This document shows positions 1 to 11,665 of a DNA stretch of 64,000 nt, in pieces. The DNA is taken from IMG/VR virus record IMGVR_UViG_3300044695_004134, positions 32,001-96,000 of that record; one strand, 5' to 3'. The position numbers were made by a program, and so were the translations under genes. A model generated the notes under the pieces. The model ran no database searches and was not told the DNA's origin. It saw only the letters and a list, made by a program, of their open reading frames with translations. Each line of letters opens with the position of its first letter. Position 1 is the stretch's first letter. Source of the DNA: a virus.

Positions 1-3000
1 TAGAATGATACTTGTATGAAAGCCCAGCTTCTGCGGCCGCCGAAAGATTACCATAAGCATTCAGTGCATTCAAATTAAACAACGGAGCATTCAACACACG
101 TTCTGGTGCAGTCATCGTTGTCAAACGTTTGTTTATCTTTGCATAATAATCTTCATTTGAAATATCGGTTACCGAAAACCCAGTGAAGTTGTCAACAAGA
201 ATACCATTTTTAAAACGGTTTAAACCGTTTGCATCAGGAACTTGCAAGTCAGATGCTTGCTTTTCTAATAAACTTAATGATGTATAGTATTCAATATTGT
301 TGACACGGGTTTGCAAGTCTGAAATGTCTTGCATTCTCCATCTCTTATGTTGAACTTTTTCAATAGAGATATTAGGTAAATAATTTGTGCTTTGACCCGG
401 TAGATACGCAGTATATGGATCAAGAGACAATTTAGCCAACAACAAACTACCTTCTGGTTGTGTTGGGAAAACTGGTCTATTTTCTGCTTTACCGCGGATA
501 AGTTTAAACTTGTTATCTGTCGTTAAAATCAATAAGTCTTTTCTACCCAAGTAGTGACTGTAATCAGTAATAAATGTACTTGAATCAACGGGTAATAATG
601 CACCACCAGTTGAGGTAACTGAAGTCGAATATCTGAATTCTAATGCTGCTTGTGCATTCACGGCGCTTAATCGATAATCTATACAATCTCTAAGGTTATA
701 AGTAATACCGGATGTTTTTGCGGTGTATGTACCTATTTCTGCATAATTTTCTGGATTAGATGACACACCACCATCACCTGCACCCAGATAAGAGTTAATG
801 CTGAAGTAACCGTCACCACCTGCGTGTTGATAGTAGTTTACCAACACAAGTAAATTTCCCTTAGGTGTTGGTGCACCTCTTTTCAAACTAATAGATGCGT
901 GCCCATAGTATGAATCTGTTTGCCCATTATCTAATATAAAATTCTGTGTTACATCATATGCCAAATTAGAAAGCATAGCATCTATTGCAACAATACTTGG
1001 CGCGCCAGTATCTATAATTTTAACAATGTTTTTAACGTCAGCTATGTATAGTGACTGTGATGATCCAGGTCGTACTTGATTTAGACTCGGAATATAAACT
1101 TGCCCGTGGGTCAAATCAACTTTAATGCCGCCAACATTTGTACCCGTAATGTTTACACCGGTTGTATTTGCTTGAATTAAATTCTTAATTTTTAATGCTA
1201 TAGCTGTTGTGCCAGCATCTGTAATTGCACTTCTAGCTAAGATTGTTCCAGTGAAAGTTGAACCTCCTGCTGTTAAGGTTGCAATTTTTTTCGACACATC
1301 TAATGCGATAGTATTGGTACTAGTAAAATTAATAATTTGCCCGTTATTGAACGAACTTGATCCTTTGTCCGTTACGATAACAACCCAATTATCTTTTGCC
1401 TCTGTCGAGGATTGAGTAGCACTCGCTGAACCTACAAACGTGGCATCAGTGCCAGATAATGAGAACGTTGCGACACCAGATGCAAACGACACACCACGTG
1501 ACATTTTCCAAGATTGATATGTTTCATCATTCAAGTTGTAAACGTATGGATACCCAATATTAAAAATTAACTCAGGTGATGTTGGATTTCCAATAACTGT
1601 TGGTAGTGTGCTAACACCAGAAACTATACCGTCAGTCTTACTTAATGGATCAACACCCGCAAATGTTGCCACTGAAATTCCTGATGATGGAGGTACTGTC
1701 AGCAAATTAAAATTGGCTACATCAAATCTCAAACTAAAATTAGATGAGCTTGTTGGTATGATAGTGAAAGGTGAATCTACTGTAGCAGTTTTTGTTGTGC
1801 CATTATATGAAATAATTTTTCTAACATCACCGGCGGATGTTCCAGAATCAATAGAAATTGTTGCATTTATATATGCATTATCAACTGCACTGAATTTACT
1901 ACCCGTATTATTAAATTCTATAGTAGTTGAAGTTCCCGAAACGGCCGCAGCAGTCAATGTGTTAGCTTTAATATCGGAAATATATGCTTTGTAAATATAT
2001 GTTCTAGTATTTGCATTGTCGGATGCAGATTCAAACTCTAAGCCTCTTAGATATGCTGAACCCGCTTTGGTGGAATTATATGTAGTTGCATTTGTTATAT
2101 CTATAGATGTATTTGTATTGGCTGCATGAAAATCAACTTGAATAACCTTAGTAACATCAAGTACACCAGTAACATCATTAACATACAAATAGTTACCATA
2201 GTCCAGTGTCATATTATTGTTATTAATAAGTTCAGTTTCTCTCGCTCTCGATGTTTCAAGTGTGCTGTCGAGAGAAGATTCGACACGATAGCCTTTTACA
2301 TATGCTACACCGGCACCGATATTAAGTTTATATGTGGTAGAATTCTCGGTGTTTGCAGTTGGTGTTATCTTAAAATCATTGACAATAAAATCACCATTTG
2401 TATCATAAGTTCTTTTTGCAAAGTAGTCGTTGATAACTCCGTAGACTGTGCCATCAACCAGACGTTGAATAACACCTCCAGTAATTCTTGTCAATTCAAT
2501 AAAATTACTATCAGCACCAGTAGTAATGTCTTTAGTATCTAACGTCAATGTGATTGTATAGCGGTCTGCTCCTGGTGCCTGGTAGTTTGTAGCACCTACA
2601 GCAGGATCTAAAAGATTTGGATCAGTTACGTAATCAGAAACAAACTCAGAGATAGATAACCCGATACGTTTAGTTGGTGTGTTACCAAACTTTTGTACAA
2701 TAATGGTTTGAGGTTGTACAGAAACAAAGTTACCAATTGAATAACGAGAATATGTTCCATCATCATTTTGAACATCAGAGAATGAATAACCATTCACGAT
2801 ATAAAAAACACCTTCTGAAATAGAAGCTGTTGTAGCCAAGCCAGTAAAGTTAGTTGCAACAATTTGTGCAATAGATGATGTGCTTGAAGAGTATACTAGA
2901 TCACCTGCCGAAAATTGATTGCCTGACAAATATGTAACAATCAATGTTGGTGCATCAACTGATGTAGCTTCTTCTGTAGCAATAACTTTAGCAAAAATGG

Positions 3001-3301
3001 TGCCCGTGGCGTCCACGATTACCTGATTTAAAAAATCTGATGCAACAATGTCGTTATCATTATATGTTGTATTAAGTTTCAAATAAATTGCGTTTGTATT
3101 AACAGTAACCTGCCCGCCAGTGACAGGTGTATTCTGTTTAAAAATATGGTCGGCGAATTTAGTGATCTGATCTTGTAGAATCGTTTGCGATTGCGTCAGT
3201 TCTCTAGCCTGCACTGCGCGACCAGGTCTAAACAAAATTCTATGATAGTTGTTATTTGGGTCGAAATCGTCAAAGTATGGATCGACATTGAAATTAAGCA
3301 T
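1..3301 (-). CDS. Large virion structural protein, DUF4815/VrlC-like (runs off window start)
   Basis: ATG at 3301 after AAGGAAAAAA; N-terminus MLNFNVDPYFDDFDPNNNYHRILFRPGRAVQARELTQSQTILQDQI is typical of this T4-like family; absent from the ORF track, consistent with no stop inside the window. Confidence 0.85.
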   Translation of the reverse strand, partial: MLNFNVDPYFDDFDPNNNYHRILFRPGRAVQARELTQSQTILQDQITKFADHIFKQNTPVTGGQVTVNTNAIYLKLNTTYNDNDIVASDFLNQVIVDATGTIFAKVIATEEATSVDAPTLIVTYLSGNQFSAGDLVYSSSTSSIAQIVATNFTGLATTASISEGVFYIVNGYSFSDVQNDDGTYSRYSIGNFVSVQPQTIIVQKFGNTPTKRIGLSISEFVSDYVTDPNLLDPAVGATNYQAPGADRYTITLTLDTKDITTGADSNFIELTRITGGVIQRLVDGTVYGVINDYFAKRTYDTNGDFIVNDFKITPTANTENSTTYKLNIGAGVAYVKGYRVESSLDSTLETSRARETELINNNNMTLDYGNYLYVNDVTGVLDVTKVIQVDFHAANTNTSIDITNATTYNSTKAGSAYLRGLEFESASDNANTRTYIYKAYISDIKANTLTAAAVSGTSTTIEFNNTGSKFSAVDNAYINATISIDSGTSAGDVRKIISYNGTTKTATVDSPFTIIPTSSSNFSLRFDVANFNLLTVPPSSGISVATFAGVDPLSKTDGIVSGVSTLPTVIGNPTSPELIFNIGYPYVYNLNDETYQSWKMSRGVSFASGVATFSLSGTDATFVGSASATQSSTEAKDNWVVIVTDKGSSSFNNGQIINFTSTNTIALDVSKKIATLTAGGSTFTGTILARSAITDAGTTAIALKIKNLIQANTTGVNITGTNVGGIKVDLTHGQVYIPSLNQVRPGSSQSLYIADVKNIVKIIDTGAPSIVAIDAMLSNLAYDVTQNFILDNGQTDSYYGHASISLKRGAPTPKGNLLVLVNYYQHAGGDGYFSINSYLGAGDGGVSSNPENYAEIGTYTAKTSGITYNLRDCIDYRLSAVNAQAALEFRYSTSVTSTGGALLPVDSSTFITDYSHYLGRKDLLILTTDNKFKLIRGKAENRPVFPTQPEGSLLLAKLSLDPYTAYLPGQSTNYLPNISIEKVQHKRWRMQDISDLQTRVNNIEYYTSLSLLEKQASDLQVPDANGLNRFKNGILVDNFTGFSVTDISNEDYYAKINKRLTTMTAPERVLNAPLFNLNALNAYGNLSAAAEAGLSYKYHS

Positions 3302-3310
3302 TTTTTTCCT

Positions 3311-4687
3311 TTAGTATCCTAGAACCAGTTTAAAAATTTCAGAACCATCTGCGTTTCTTTGCACAGGCTCTCTGTTTTCTAAGTAGGTTAAATATCCGGA
3401 GAATGTTATGAAATCTGGTGGTGTTTGTTGCAATACAACTCTCGATGTGCCTGATGTGACACCATATAAAACTGCACTATTGTTTGCATTCCCGAGTGTA
3501 TTTATTAACCTTACCGTATTGGTTGGAGAATTATAACTCAAAACTGTAGCAGTAAATGTTGCAGACGCTAACAAACCATTAGGTGATTGATACACCGTTT
3601 CATCTGGTGTGTACGCACCGAAACCTTGAGACACTCCGAAGTTGGTCGTTGCACTATATATGTCTGCACTAGCTCTTTGTATGGTTGTACCAACACGGGC
3701 CAGTGGATTCACAAGCAATCCGATCTGTCTAAAATCTATATCTGTTGGTAAATTTCCATTTTCATCTCTATTGAAACGAGCAGTCAACATAATATGCTTT
3801 GCTCCCAATTCAGTTGCAGGATTGTATCCGTGCCCGCCAATCGGTGACGTTGGAGCAATAGCAGTGGCGTTTGATCCGGTTGCAGATGTGATTGTTACAC
3901 TTGAATAAGAATAATTTGACCCTGTGTTTGCTACTACAATATCGTTGATTGAGCCGGCAACAACAACAGCATTTGCAGATGCGAATTGCCCATCACCAGT
4001 AATGGTCACTGTGATGGGTGAAGTTGCTGGATCATAACCGCTTCCGCCGTTTGTTACATTAATAACATCAATACTACCATAGCCAGAAAAAGTTGAAACA
4101 GGATTCGGCACAGTTGTTGATATGGGAATAGGCATCCATGCATCATCCATAAACTTCAGTTTACTGCCGGAAGTTATAGTGTACATATATTTCCACTTAT
4201 AATCGTCAGCGCCTTGAAATATTTGATTCGCATTAAAATTTCCAGGCTCAAAGAATGGTTCTGTGCTTACTACACCACCAGAATTGTTCCATAGGCACTT
4301 GAATACTTGATCGAAACGATTCTTGACATAAAATCTTCTTAATATTGTTCCGTTTGGTTCAAGTGCAAACATATCAATATCATCTCTATAGTAGTCATAC
4401 ACTTGGCCAGAAGCCCAATCAATTCTCTCTATCACAGGAGACATATCTGAGGAAGTAATTCTCTTAGCAACAAAAATATTCTTGAAAGTTTCTTTCAAAT
4501 TCTTTTGATCTTCCGTTGGTGCTGGCGGAATAGTATCGACTGGCCATGCCTTCACACGTGAGAGAAAACAATATAAGCTACCAAAAAGTTCCCCTGTCGT
4601 TGAAATTGTTGCAGTGGGTGAATAATAAACCGTCGAGGCTTGATAATAACCATTATTATTTGTTAGAATACCTGTGTTTGCTGACAT
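3311..4687 (-). CDS. Baseplate wedge subunit gp8-like
   Basis: RIDWASGQVYDYY, VFKCLWNN, DDYKWKYMYTI, DFRQIGLLVNP and YLENREPVQR motifs; follows gp7. Confidence 0.85.
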   Translation of the reverse strand: MSANTGILTNNNGYYQASTVYYSPTATISTTGELFGSLYCFLSRVKAWPVDTIPPAPTEDQKNLKETFKNIFVAKRITSSDMSPVIERIDWASGQVYDYYRDDIDMFALEPNGTILRRFYVKNRFDQVFKCLWNNSGGVVSTEPFFEPGNFNANQIFQGADDYKWKYMYTITSGSKLKFMDDAWMPIPISTTVPNPVSTFSGYGSIDVINVTNGGSGYDPATSPITVTITGDGQFASANAVVVAGSINDIVVANTGSNYSYSSVTITSATGSNATAIAPTSPIGGHGYNPATELGAKHIMLTARFNRDENGNLPTDIDFRQIGLLVNPLARVGTTIQRASADIYSATTNFGVSQGFGAYTPDETVYQSPNGLLASATFTATVLSYNSPTNTVRLINTLGNANNSAVLYGVTSGTSRVVLQQTPPDFITFSGYLTYLENREPVQRNADGSEIFKLVLGY

Positions 4688-4699
4688 TATATAATCCTA

Positions 4700-5977
4700 T
4701 TAAGTGCCCACAACCTGAACAAGAACGTTCGCAGTATCTGTTCCGAAACACATATACTTTGCAACGATTGTTGATGTTGATGGGTGTGCGAACGTAGTTG
4801 AGTTTGTTGTTGAGTTGAGTGCTGAACAACCGTGTGTGAAAGTTCTGTTTGACCCCGAAGTATTTGTCATCCAAAGTTCCACTTGTTTACCTGGAACAAA
4901 GTTTGAGAAAGACACTGCATAATCGGCTGCAACGTTGGCACGAAGAACGGCATTGTTTGCAAAGTCAATTGTGATTGCAGTTTGTGCGGCCTCAAAAAGA
5001 CGAGGTGCATAAACAAAACCTTTTTCGGGGTAAACATAACCGTCAAAGTGTACAGCATCACCATTAAAAGATGCAATTTCTTGAACTGTATTTGTACCAG
5101 TTCGAATGTTATAGAACTTAATCATTGAGCCACGTGCAGAGTCTGTATAGTTCTCTGTAGCAAGAATATCAATACGTGCAACACCAAGTGGTGCAAAACC
5201 TGTTGTACCCCATCCGTTACCGGCCATTCGCATCAACACATCATTGTTCTGTGTTGCTGTTGGTGAAGCTACTGTACCACGTCCAGAACGTCCAGCAACT
5301 AGGCTATAAGCTGAACCATCTGTACTAAATGAATCATATATGATGCGAGCAGGTGTATTTGGCCTACCAGTAACATGTATCATTGTTCCAGATTGAGAAA
5401 GTGGTTGTACAGTTGCTGTTGCTTTGATGGTGAGTGCCGCTTCTGTTGCACCAAACGTAGAGTTTGCCAATACGAATGTACCATTAACGAAGCCATCACC
5501 TGAGATGTAAAAATCACCAGTAGTTGCAACACCATTTGTATTTGCAAGTAGTGTAGCAACGTTAGCCGATATTCTTGTGTTGATCACAGAGTTGGCTGAT
5601 GTTGCATTGGATGTAATCTCACCACGTAAAGTAGCCACGTTAGCGGAGATGTTGGTATTGATAACCGAATTAGCACTTACTGCATTAGCAGTAATCTCAC
5701 CACGCAAGGTGGCTACGTTAGCAGAGATGTTGGTATTGATAACCGAGTTGGCTGATGCAGCATTAGCGGAAATTCTTGTATTGATCACAGAGTTAGCCGA
5801 TGCCGCATTAGCCGTTATTCTTGTATTGATATCTGAATAGATTCCATCCGTGAGTGTCGCGTATGTAAACTTACCAGTAACGTCTGTTGGAATATCAACA
5901 CCTACGAATATGGTATTTTCTGGGTCCACATCAAGCGTGTTAATTTCCGGTAATTCTGTGATTTTTACTGTTGACAT
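4700..5977 (-). CDS. Virion structural/fibre-like protein with internal coiled-coil repeats
   Basis: MSTVKITELP N-terminus, repeated INTxISAN units, beta-rich C-terminus, position in baseplate operon. Confidence 0.6.
   Translation of the reverse strand: MSTVKITELPEINTLDVDPENTIFVGVDIPTDVTGKFTYATLTDGIYSDINTRITANAASANSVINTRISANAASANSVINTNISANVATLRGEITANAVSANSVINTNISANVATLRGEITSNATSANSVINTRISANVATLLANTNGVATTGDFYISGDGFVNGTFVLANSTFGATEAALTIKATATVQPLSQSGTMIHVTGRPNTPARIIYDSFSTDGSAYSLVAGRSGRGTVASPTATQNNDVLMRMAGNGWGTTGFAPLGVARIDILATENYTDSARGSMIKFYNIRTGTNTVQEIASFNGDAVHFDGYVYPEKGFVYAPRLFEAAQTAITIDFANNAVLRANVAADYAVSFSNFVPGKQVELWMTNTSGSNRTFTHGCSALNSTTNSTTFAHPSTSTIVAKYMCFGTDTANVLVQVVGT
5560..5832 (-). repeat. 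Coding tandem repeats (INTRISANAASANSV / INTNISANVATLRGEITANAVSANSV)
   Basis: 15- and 26-aa imperfect units visible in protein and DNA; boundaries approximate. Confidence 0.8.
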
Positions 5978-5980
5978 TTT

Positions 5981-8947
5981 TTATCCTAAAATAAGTTCTC
6001 TGTTGTCTTGTGTTACAATGTTAAATCCATCTTGTGTTAACAATTGTGGATAAAAAACTGTACCTAATGAATTAAAGAACTGTACATTTGATGTTGCTAA
6101 AGTTCTTCCTATTGAAATATTGGCCGAGTTGGAACTAAATGGTATGGTTGTGTTAGCAAAAATAACATTGTTTGCATAACTAACAAAAGTTACCGTGCCA
6201 TGGAACGTGCTTGCACCATCCACAACTCTAATTCTATCTCCAATGAATACAATATCACGCATCTTGTTTGCTGTGTTACTGTATTGCCCATTGTTTATAA
6301 CATCATATTGATTTGTCACCGACAATATATTTATTCTATTGTTGGAAGTGAGTACGTTTGCTGTTGCAACGTTCGCAAATGATAAGTATACATTGTCACG
6401 AATGACTGCTGTATTACTTATATTATTTACAGATATAATTTCTGAGTATACGTTTGGACCATTGTTCTGTATCAAAGATATGATTGAACCGGGTAAAGCA
6501 ATATCTTCAATGTCAGCACCAACAAGAGAATCAAATTTAATAATGTTGTTGCTCGGTCTTTCAAAGTTGGAGTACATTGAAGCAGTTGAACCCGCATCAC
6601 CTGTATAAAAACCAAGTGTGTGTGTATTTGCTTGATGAGTTTCTCTGTGAACATTAATTTCTTCTTGAGATTTCAAAGCATTCGTTGTAACAACTTTTGT
6701 TCCAGATGGATGTAGAAGTTTAAACAATACTTCTTTGTATGCATCAAAAGATTTTTGTACAGTAAGATTATACGTAAAGTTATTGAAATCTTGGCTCTCT
6801 AAAACTTGGTTTGAACTTGCGAAGCCATCATCGTTTAGATATTGACCAGTACCGATAATGAGACCATTTAAAAATCTTGCCGTTGCTTGCGCTGCACCAT
6901 TACCATATGTCCTGATGCCGTTTCTAAAGATATCTTCGTCAGTTTCTGTATCTTTTACATTATAAGTTGTATCTAAATCCAAATATAAGTTAGCACCAAT
7001 AGCCCTATCTGTAGATTTCAATTGCAAATTAATTCCAGAAATTTTAGTATTAGATGTATAGTTATATACTCTCAATAAATATTTTGAATTTGCTGCAACG
7101 GCATCTGATTGTAACAATGTAACAGAGTCAACAAACGCTCTGAACACCGATGTGTTTACGTTTGCACCTTGATAAATTAAATCACCACTTCTAATAACAT
7201 CTGATGGTGAAACATTCGTTATCACTAAATCTCTAACCTTCAAAGAAATATTGGGTGCAGAAATATAATCTTCACCGAAATTTTCAATAACAAAAGATGT
7301 GATAGCACCAATACCACGTTCGTCTGCTATAGGAAGTAATTCTGCACCAGCACCTAGAACTGTGTTCACACGAAGTTGTGCGCCTGAACCACCTGAAGTC
7401 TGCACAGTAAGTGTCGGTAAATTTGTCTGTTTATAACCTAACCCATTTTGTGGATATGTTGTAACCTCATTTGCATTGTTCGAATAAGTATATTCTGTGG
7501 ATATAATCGAACCTGTCGCATTCACTTTTACATTTGCGGAAGCTCCAACACCACCTGCGGAGTTAGTGAATTGAATAATATCACCGTCAGCATATCCTAT
7601 TCCTGGTGTAACAATTTGAATTGGTCCCAACATACCCAAAGAAGGTAATATCCCTTTGATTTTCAAACTCTCTGTTGTCTGTGGGTCTGTTGTGTCATAT
7701 AAAGAAAGCGCAGAGACTGAGGGTAATGTACGATAACCACCGCCGCCATTATTTAAAATAACCGATGATATTGGATATGTGGAAAAACCAACAAAGGTAA
7801 AAGCATTAGCCAAAGAACAAACAGAATTTGCTGAATTGTTTGCTGGAAAAAATGGATAGGCGACTGCATCAATTCTTGTCGTAGAGAATAATGAAGTGCT
7901 CATGAAGTTTTGTGGTACAAATGCCACATTAATTTCACCGGCAGGGTCAACAGAACCTACGTTTGCAATTGCACCTGAGCCGCCGCCACCGGTGATACGT
8001 ATAAAAGTGTTTGGATCTGGCCTATATCCATATGACCCGTTTATAACAGTAATGTCACGTAATGAACCAGAAGTTGTTTCCAATACGAATGCACTTGCAC
8101 CAATACCATTCGCAGAATTTAAACCACCGTAGAAAATTACTGGGTCTCCGGAATATGTTGGTGTTCTTCCTTTGTACAGTTGACCTCTTCTCTGTGAGTT
8201 AACGTTAACAGCAGAAATAGAACCAAGAAGTTTAGCTCGCAGTGGTGTTGCACCCACAGTATTCGAAGAAACTACTTCAGAATCTTTAAAATATAGAATT
8301 TGATTATTATTATCTACTACGACAACATCTTCACCCGAAATGAAAAGTCTTTCAAGGTTTTCAATATAAACTTCTGTTCTATTTCCTACTGCAATACTTT
8401 TTTCAACTGTCGCAATTGATTTGGAAGTTTCACCAAAAACTCTATAATTACTTATTGATAACCACTGTTCATCATTCGTAGCAAGACGCAGGCTTTTGGT
8501 TACATACCATTTACCATCAGATGCTTTAAAGATTACATCACGTGTCAAGAAAATTTCAGCATCTGAATTATATAATGCACGAAATAAAAATTGATAAGAT
8601 GCTGGTGTACCTTTAGTAGAATATAATTCTTTGGCTATTCTAATCAATTTACTTTTGTCACTCAGCGCATCGGCTGGAAAATTAGGTAAAAACTGATTTA
8701 CATAGTAATCAATAAACTTGTTGAATGATTCGCCTTGTTCAACAAAATTTACATCTTGGTAGTTTTGTAGATTTTGTGTACCATAAATGACACCATCTTT
8801 TTGAGAACCAGAACCTTGTTGTTCCATCCATTCATAGTATGCTTGTATGAATGAAACGAAAGTTTTATAGTTATCATCAGACCTGATAAATTCAGGTAGC
8901 TGATACGGTACTTTTAATGAAGTTTTTTTGGCGAAATCCGTGGTCAT
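5981..8947 (-). CDS. Baseplate wedge initiator gp7-like
   Basis: QLPEFIR..FIQAYYEWME, LYSTKGTPASYQFLFRALY, ASDGKW, LLHPSGTK motifs; GxGY repeats. Confidence 0.8.
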   Translation of the reverse strand: MTTDFAKKTSLKVPYQLPEFIRSDDNYKTFVSFIQAYYEWMEQQGSGSQKDGVIYGTQNLQNYQDVNFVEQGESFNKFIDYYVNQFLPNFPADALSDKSKLIRIAKELYSTKGTPASYQFLFRALYNSDAEIFLTRDVIFKASDGKWYVTKSLRLATNDEQWLSISNYRVFGETSKSIATVEKSIAVGNRTEVYIENLERLFISGEDVVVVDNNNQILYFKDSEVVSSNTVGATPLRAKLLGSISAVNVNSQRRGQLYKGRTPTYSGDPVIFYGGLNSANGIGASAFVLETTSGSLRDITVINGSYGYRPDPNTFIRITGGGGSGAIANVGSVDPAGEINVAFVPQNFMSTSLFSTTRIDAVAYPFFPANNSANSVCSLANAFTFVGFSTYPISSVILNNGGGGYRTLPSVSALSLYDTTDPQTTESLKIKGILPSLGMLGPIQIVTPGIGYADGDIIQFTNSAGGVGASANVKVNATGSIISTEYTYSNNANEVTTYPQNGLGYKQTNLPTLTVQTSGGSGAQLRVNTVLGAGAELLPIADERGIGAITSFVIENFGEDYISAPNISLKVRDLVITNVSPSDVIRSGDLIYQGANVNTSVFRAFVDSVTLLQSDAVAANSKYLLRVYNYTSNTKISGINLQLKSTDRAIGANLYLDLDTTYNVKDTETDEDIFRNGIRTYGNGAAQATARFLNGLIIGTGQYLNDDGFASSNQVLESQDFNNFTYNLTVQKSFDAYKEVLFKLLHPSGTKVVTTNALKSQEEINVHRETHQANTHTLGFYTGDAGSTASMYSNFERPSNNIIKFDSLVGADIEDIALPGSIISLIQNNGPNVYSEIISVNNISNTAVIRDNVYLSFANVATANVLTSNNRINILSVTNQYDVINNGQYSNTANKMRDIVFIGDRIRVVDGASTFHGTVTFVSYANNVIFANTTIPFSSNSANISIGRTLATSNVQFFNSLGTVFYPQLLTQDGFNIVTQDNRELILG

Positions 8948-11016
8948 TGTTGTATGCTAACTGTTACTGTGATTGCTTCTGGATCAAATATATCTACTGC
9001 AATAATTTTATTATATGTGGAAGATATAATTGTCGAGTCTGGCACAACCGAAATGGTGAATCTACCAAGGTCATTATTTACTTGTAACGGTGCAAAATCT
9101 GTCAGTGTTACTAATCCCGTTAGATAATTAATTGTACCAGCATTTGGATTTAAAATTGTTTTCACATTATTTAGGTAATAATATGATCTAATTACGCCTT
9201 CAGAACCTTCTAAAACGGGAGTAGCAAATGCTAATGCACCGGAGTTATCACCCTCTTGCGGAGTAATAGTAACGATTGCTTCTGTATAATTAAAACCTGG
9301 GTTTGTAACCACTATGCTGTTGACACGCCCGGAAGCAAGAACCGCGAATGCTGATGCATCTTTACCGTCACCAGTAATAGTTACTCTTGGTACTTTTGTG
9401 TAACCAAAACCTGGATTGCTTACATTAATTGTTGCTATACCACCCGTAGTTGTTGGGACCTCTTCAAAGAATATTCCCGACCTTATAGAACTAATTGATG
9501 TTACATCTACTTGTGAGAAATCTGGAGAAGATGATAGCCCAGCGTTAAAGTAATTTCTTTTTAATTTTACACCAAAATCAAGCAAATATGTTGCTCTTGC
9601 ATTTAATGTGGGATAAAATTTCTTCTGTAATCTTACTGTAGATTCGTTTGTAATGATCGAAGGGTTTGCAGTTTGAACACTTGAAATTAAATCTGGTAGT
9701 TTGAACACCGAATTGAATGTGTTCAAAGAAGATGCAGTAAAGTTGTTGATAGCACCAACAACTGCGTTTTGTATTTGATTACCTGTCAGAGTTGTCTTTT
9801 TGTTATCATATAATACTTTTGTATCAATTTTCAAATAAGTATAATCAGGATCAACAATTGTTGGCGTCACAGTCAATACAGAAATTGGTTTGATAACTTC
9901 AGTGATTAATTTTTGTTTCTGCGCTGGTGTTAACGTGAAACCGCCTGCTGGTTTGACTGCACAGAAAATTTGCCCGTAAACTGGTGGATCATTTTCTTCT
10001 CCACCCCATACTGATACTGAATCTATAGGTAAATTTGTTGAATTATTTTGAATTAGATATATGTAATCTTCTTTTGTTACAGCGCGCCCTTGTGCTGCGT
10101 ATGCTTTAGGTGCAGTGTATTTAATAGAAGCAATAGATTCTTTCTCTGAACCTTGTGTTGCTGAAACAATAGAAGTGATTACTGTGTTTGAAAAACCGCC
10201 AATACTAGACATGGAAGTAAAAGAGTTGGCACCAAAAGCTAATGTGCCTGATGTAGTAATGTATGTTAGGTTGATAATGTTTCCATTGACAAGAGATTTT
10301 CCAATGATGCCATCACCGAAATATATGTTGTACTTACCGTTCATTCCTTCTTCTAAAAAGTATACTTTACTAGTTGGTTTTAGATCAATATAGTTTGTTG
10401 AAAGATTATAAGTTTCTGATGCAGAGTTTGAAGATGATTCTTGTACGTTAACGATAAGTGTAGATGTGTCGATATCAGAGTCTGGTATTTCAAATATTTG
10501 TTTTGGATTTGTTGCAGTGTTGTATGCAAAGTTATAAGATGCTGCTATACCCTGTGAGATAATAATGTCGTTAAATGTTGCAGTATTTGAAGTTACATTT
10601 ACTGTTGATGCGTCTGTCGTAAGGAATGTATAGTTTACTTCATCGATTGCTTCTGATATAAAGGGTGCAAATTTTGGAAGTGTGAGTGTAGATGTTGATA
10701 CGTTGTTTACTGTAATTCTTACTGTAGCTTTTGGTGCAACTGCTGATTTTGGAATATAGTTTAACAATTTAGCGTGAGATACCACAGAACTCCTTTGGAT
10801 TGCAGAGTCCAAGAACATCTCATTTGCTACCATGTTTAAATAGTATGCATTGTATTGTGTGTTGTATGCCAACAGGTCAACAAGCACAGAAAGTGCTGAA
10901 CCATCAAAGTTATAGTCTTTGAGTGTGTCTTGTTGTGATAAAAATGATTTTAAACTTGCTTTGATACCACCAAAGTCAAGGTCTGTGATTTGTAAGCCTG
11001 AATTAGCTGATGCCAA
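8944..11016 (-). CDS. Baseplate wedge subunit gp6
   Basis: LDFGGIKASLKSFL, DYNFDGSALSVLVDLLAYNTQYNAYYLNM, QGRAVTKEDY, VWGGEENDPP; TTG start with AAGGAG RBS. Confidence 0.93.
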   Translation of the reverse strand: MASANSGLQITDLDFGGIKASLKSFLSQQDTLKDYNFDGSALSVLVDLLAYNTQYNAYYLNMVANEMFLDSAIQRSSVVSHAKLLNYIPKSAVAPKATVRITVNNVSTSTLTLPKFAPFISEAIDEVNYTFLTTDASTVNVTSNTATFNDIIISQGIAASYNFAYNTATNPKQIFEIPDSDIDTSTLIVNVQESSSNSASETYNLSTNYIDLKPTSKVYFLEEGMNGKYNIYFGDGIIGKSLVNGNIINLTYITTSGTLAFGANSFTSMSSIGGFSNTVITSIVSATQGSEKESIASIKYTAPKAYAAQGRAVTKEDYIYLIQNNSTNLPIDSVSVWGGEENDPPVYGQIFCAVKPAGGFTLTPAQKQKLITEVIKPISVLTVTPTIVDPDYTYLKIDTKVLYDNKKTTLTGNQIQNAVVGAINNFTASSLNTFNSVFKLPDLISSVQTANPSIITNESTVRLQKKFYPTLNARATYLLDFGVKLKRNYFNAGLSSSPDFSQVDVTSISSIRSGIFFEEVPTTTGGIATINVSNPGFGYTKVPRVTITGDGKDASAFAVLASGRVNSIVVTNPGFNYTEAIVTITPQEGDNSGALAFATPVLEGSEGVIRSYYYLNNVKTILNPNAGTINYLTGLVTLTDFAPLQVNNDLGRFTISVVPDSTIISSTYNKIIAVDIFDPEAITVTVSIQQ

Positions 11017-11665
11017 AATTATTCTCCTTTAAGAAGTTACATGTCCATTGTTTATGATGTTTAGCTTTGCCGTGGGAAACAAGGGACATAGCTCCTTGAT
11101 TTAAATTATGAATTCTACAAAATTCCGAAAGGTTTTTTACATAATATACGACACCTGTAGGGTCGATGATTGAAAGTGAATTCATCCTTTGTAAATTTGA
11201 TTTCGACATGAATTTTTTGTTTTTATTCCATGCTACCTGATTTGTAGTTTTATTTTTATTCCATGGAGTGTGTCCGAGTTTGGCCAAACTCATTTTTGCT
11301 TTAGACTTATCGCTCATTTTTTGGCCAGAATTGCCTTTAGATTTTGAAACCACACTTAAAAGTTTTTTGGTTTTTTCTGTATGTTTGTATCCTGAAACTC
11401 CATCTCCACCATCCGTTTTATTCAACAAAATTCCAGCACTCTTATCTTTTCTACCATACCATGATATATATCTGCGCTCTAGTGCTAATGCTCCTACTTC
11501 ACTTAAATTTTTTTCTAAAAAAACTATTTTATTTCTATCCTTGGGAACTGAGATTCCACAATGTTTTTGTACACACCTTTTCCCTTGTCCTTTACCTATG
11601 TAATAAGGTAAGTTATTACTTTTTCGTAAATACGCATACACATAAAACTCGTCAGTGGATGGCAT
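11003..11665 (-). mobile_element. Free-standing GIY-YIG-type (Seg-like) homing endonuclease with NUMOD3-like repeats
   Basis: FYVYAYLR...PYYIGKG, LERRYISWYGRK, LLNKTDGGDG, HTEKTKKLLS / MSDKSKAKMS / PWNK; wedged between gp25 and gp6. Confidence 0.85.

Noticed and set aside
1209-2542. Plus-strand ORFs in the first 2.5 kb
   Set aside because: Antisense shadows of the long minus-strand structural gene starting at 3301
11003-11665. Group I intron carrying the endonuclease
   Set aside because: Flanking gp25 and gp6 are each intact and no non-coding intron core flanks the ORF
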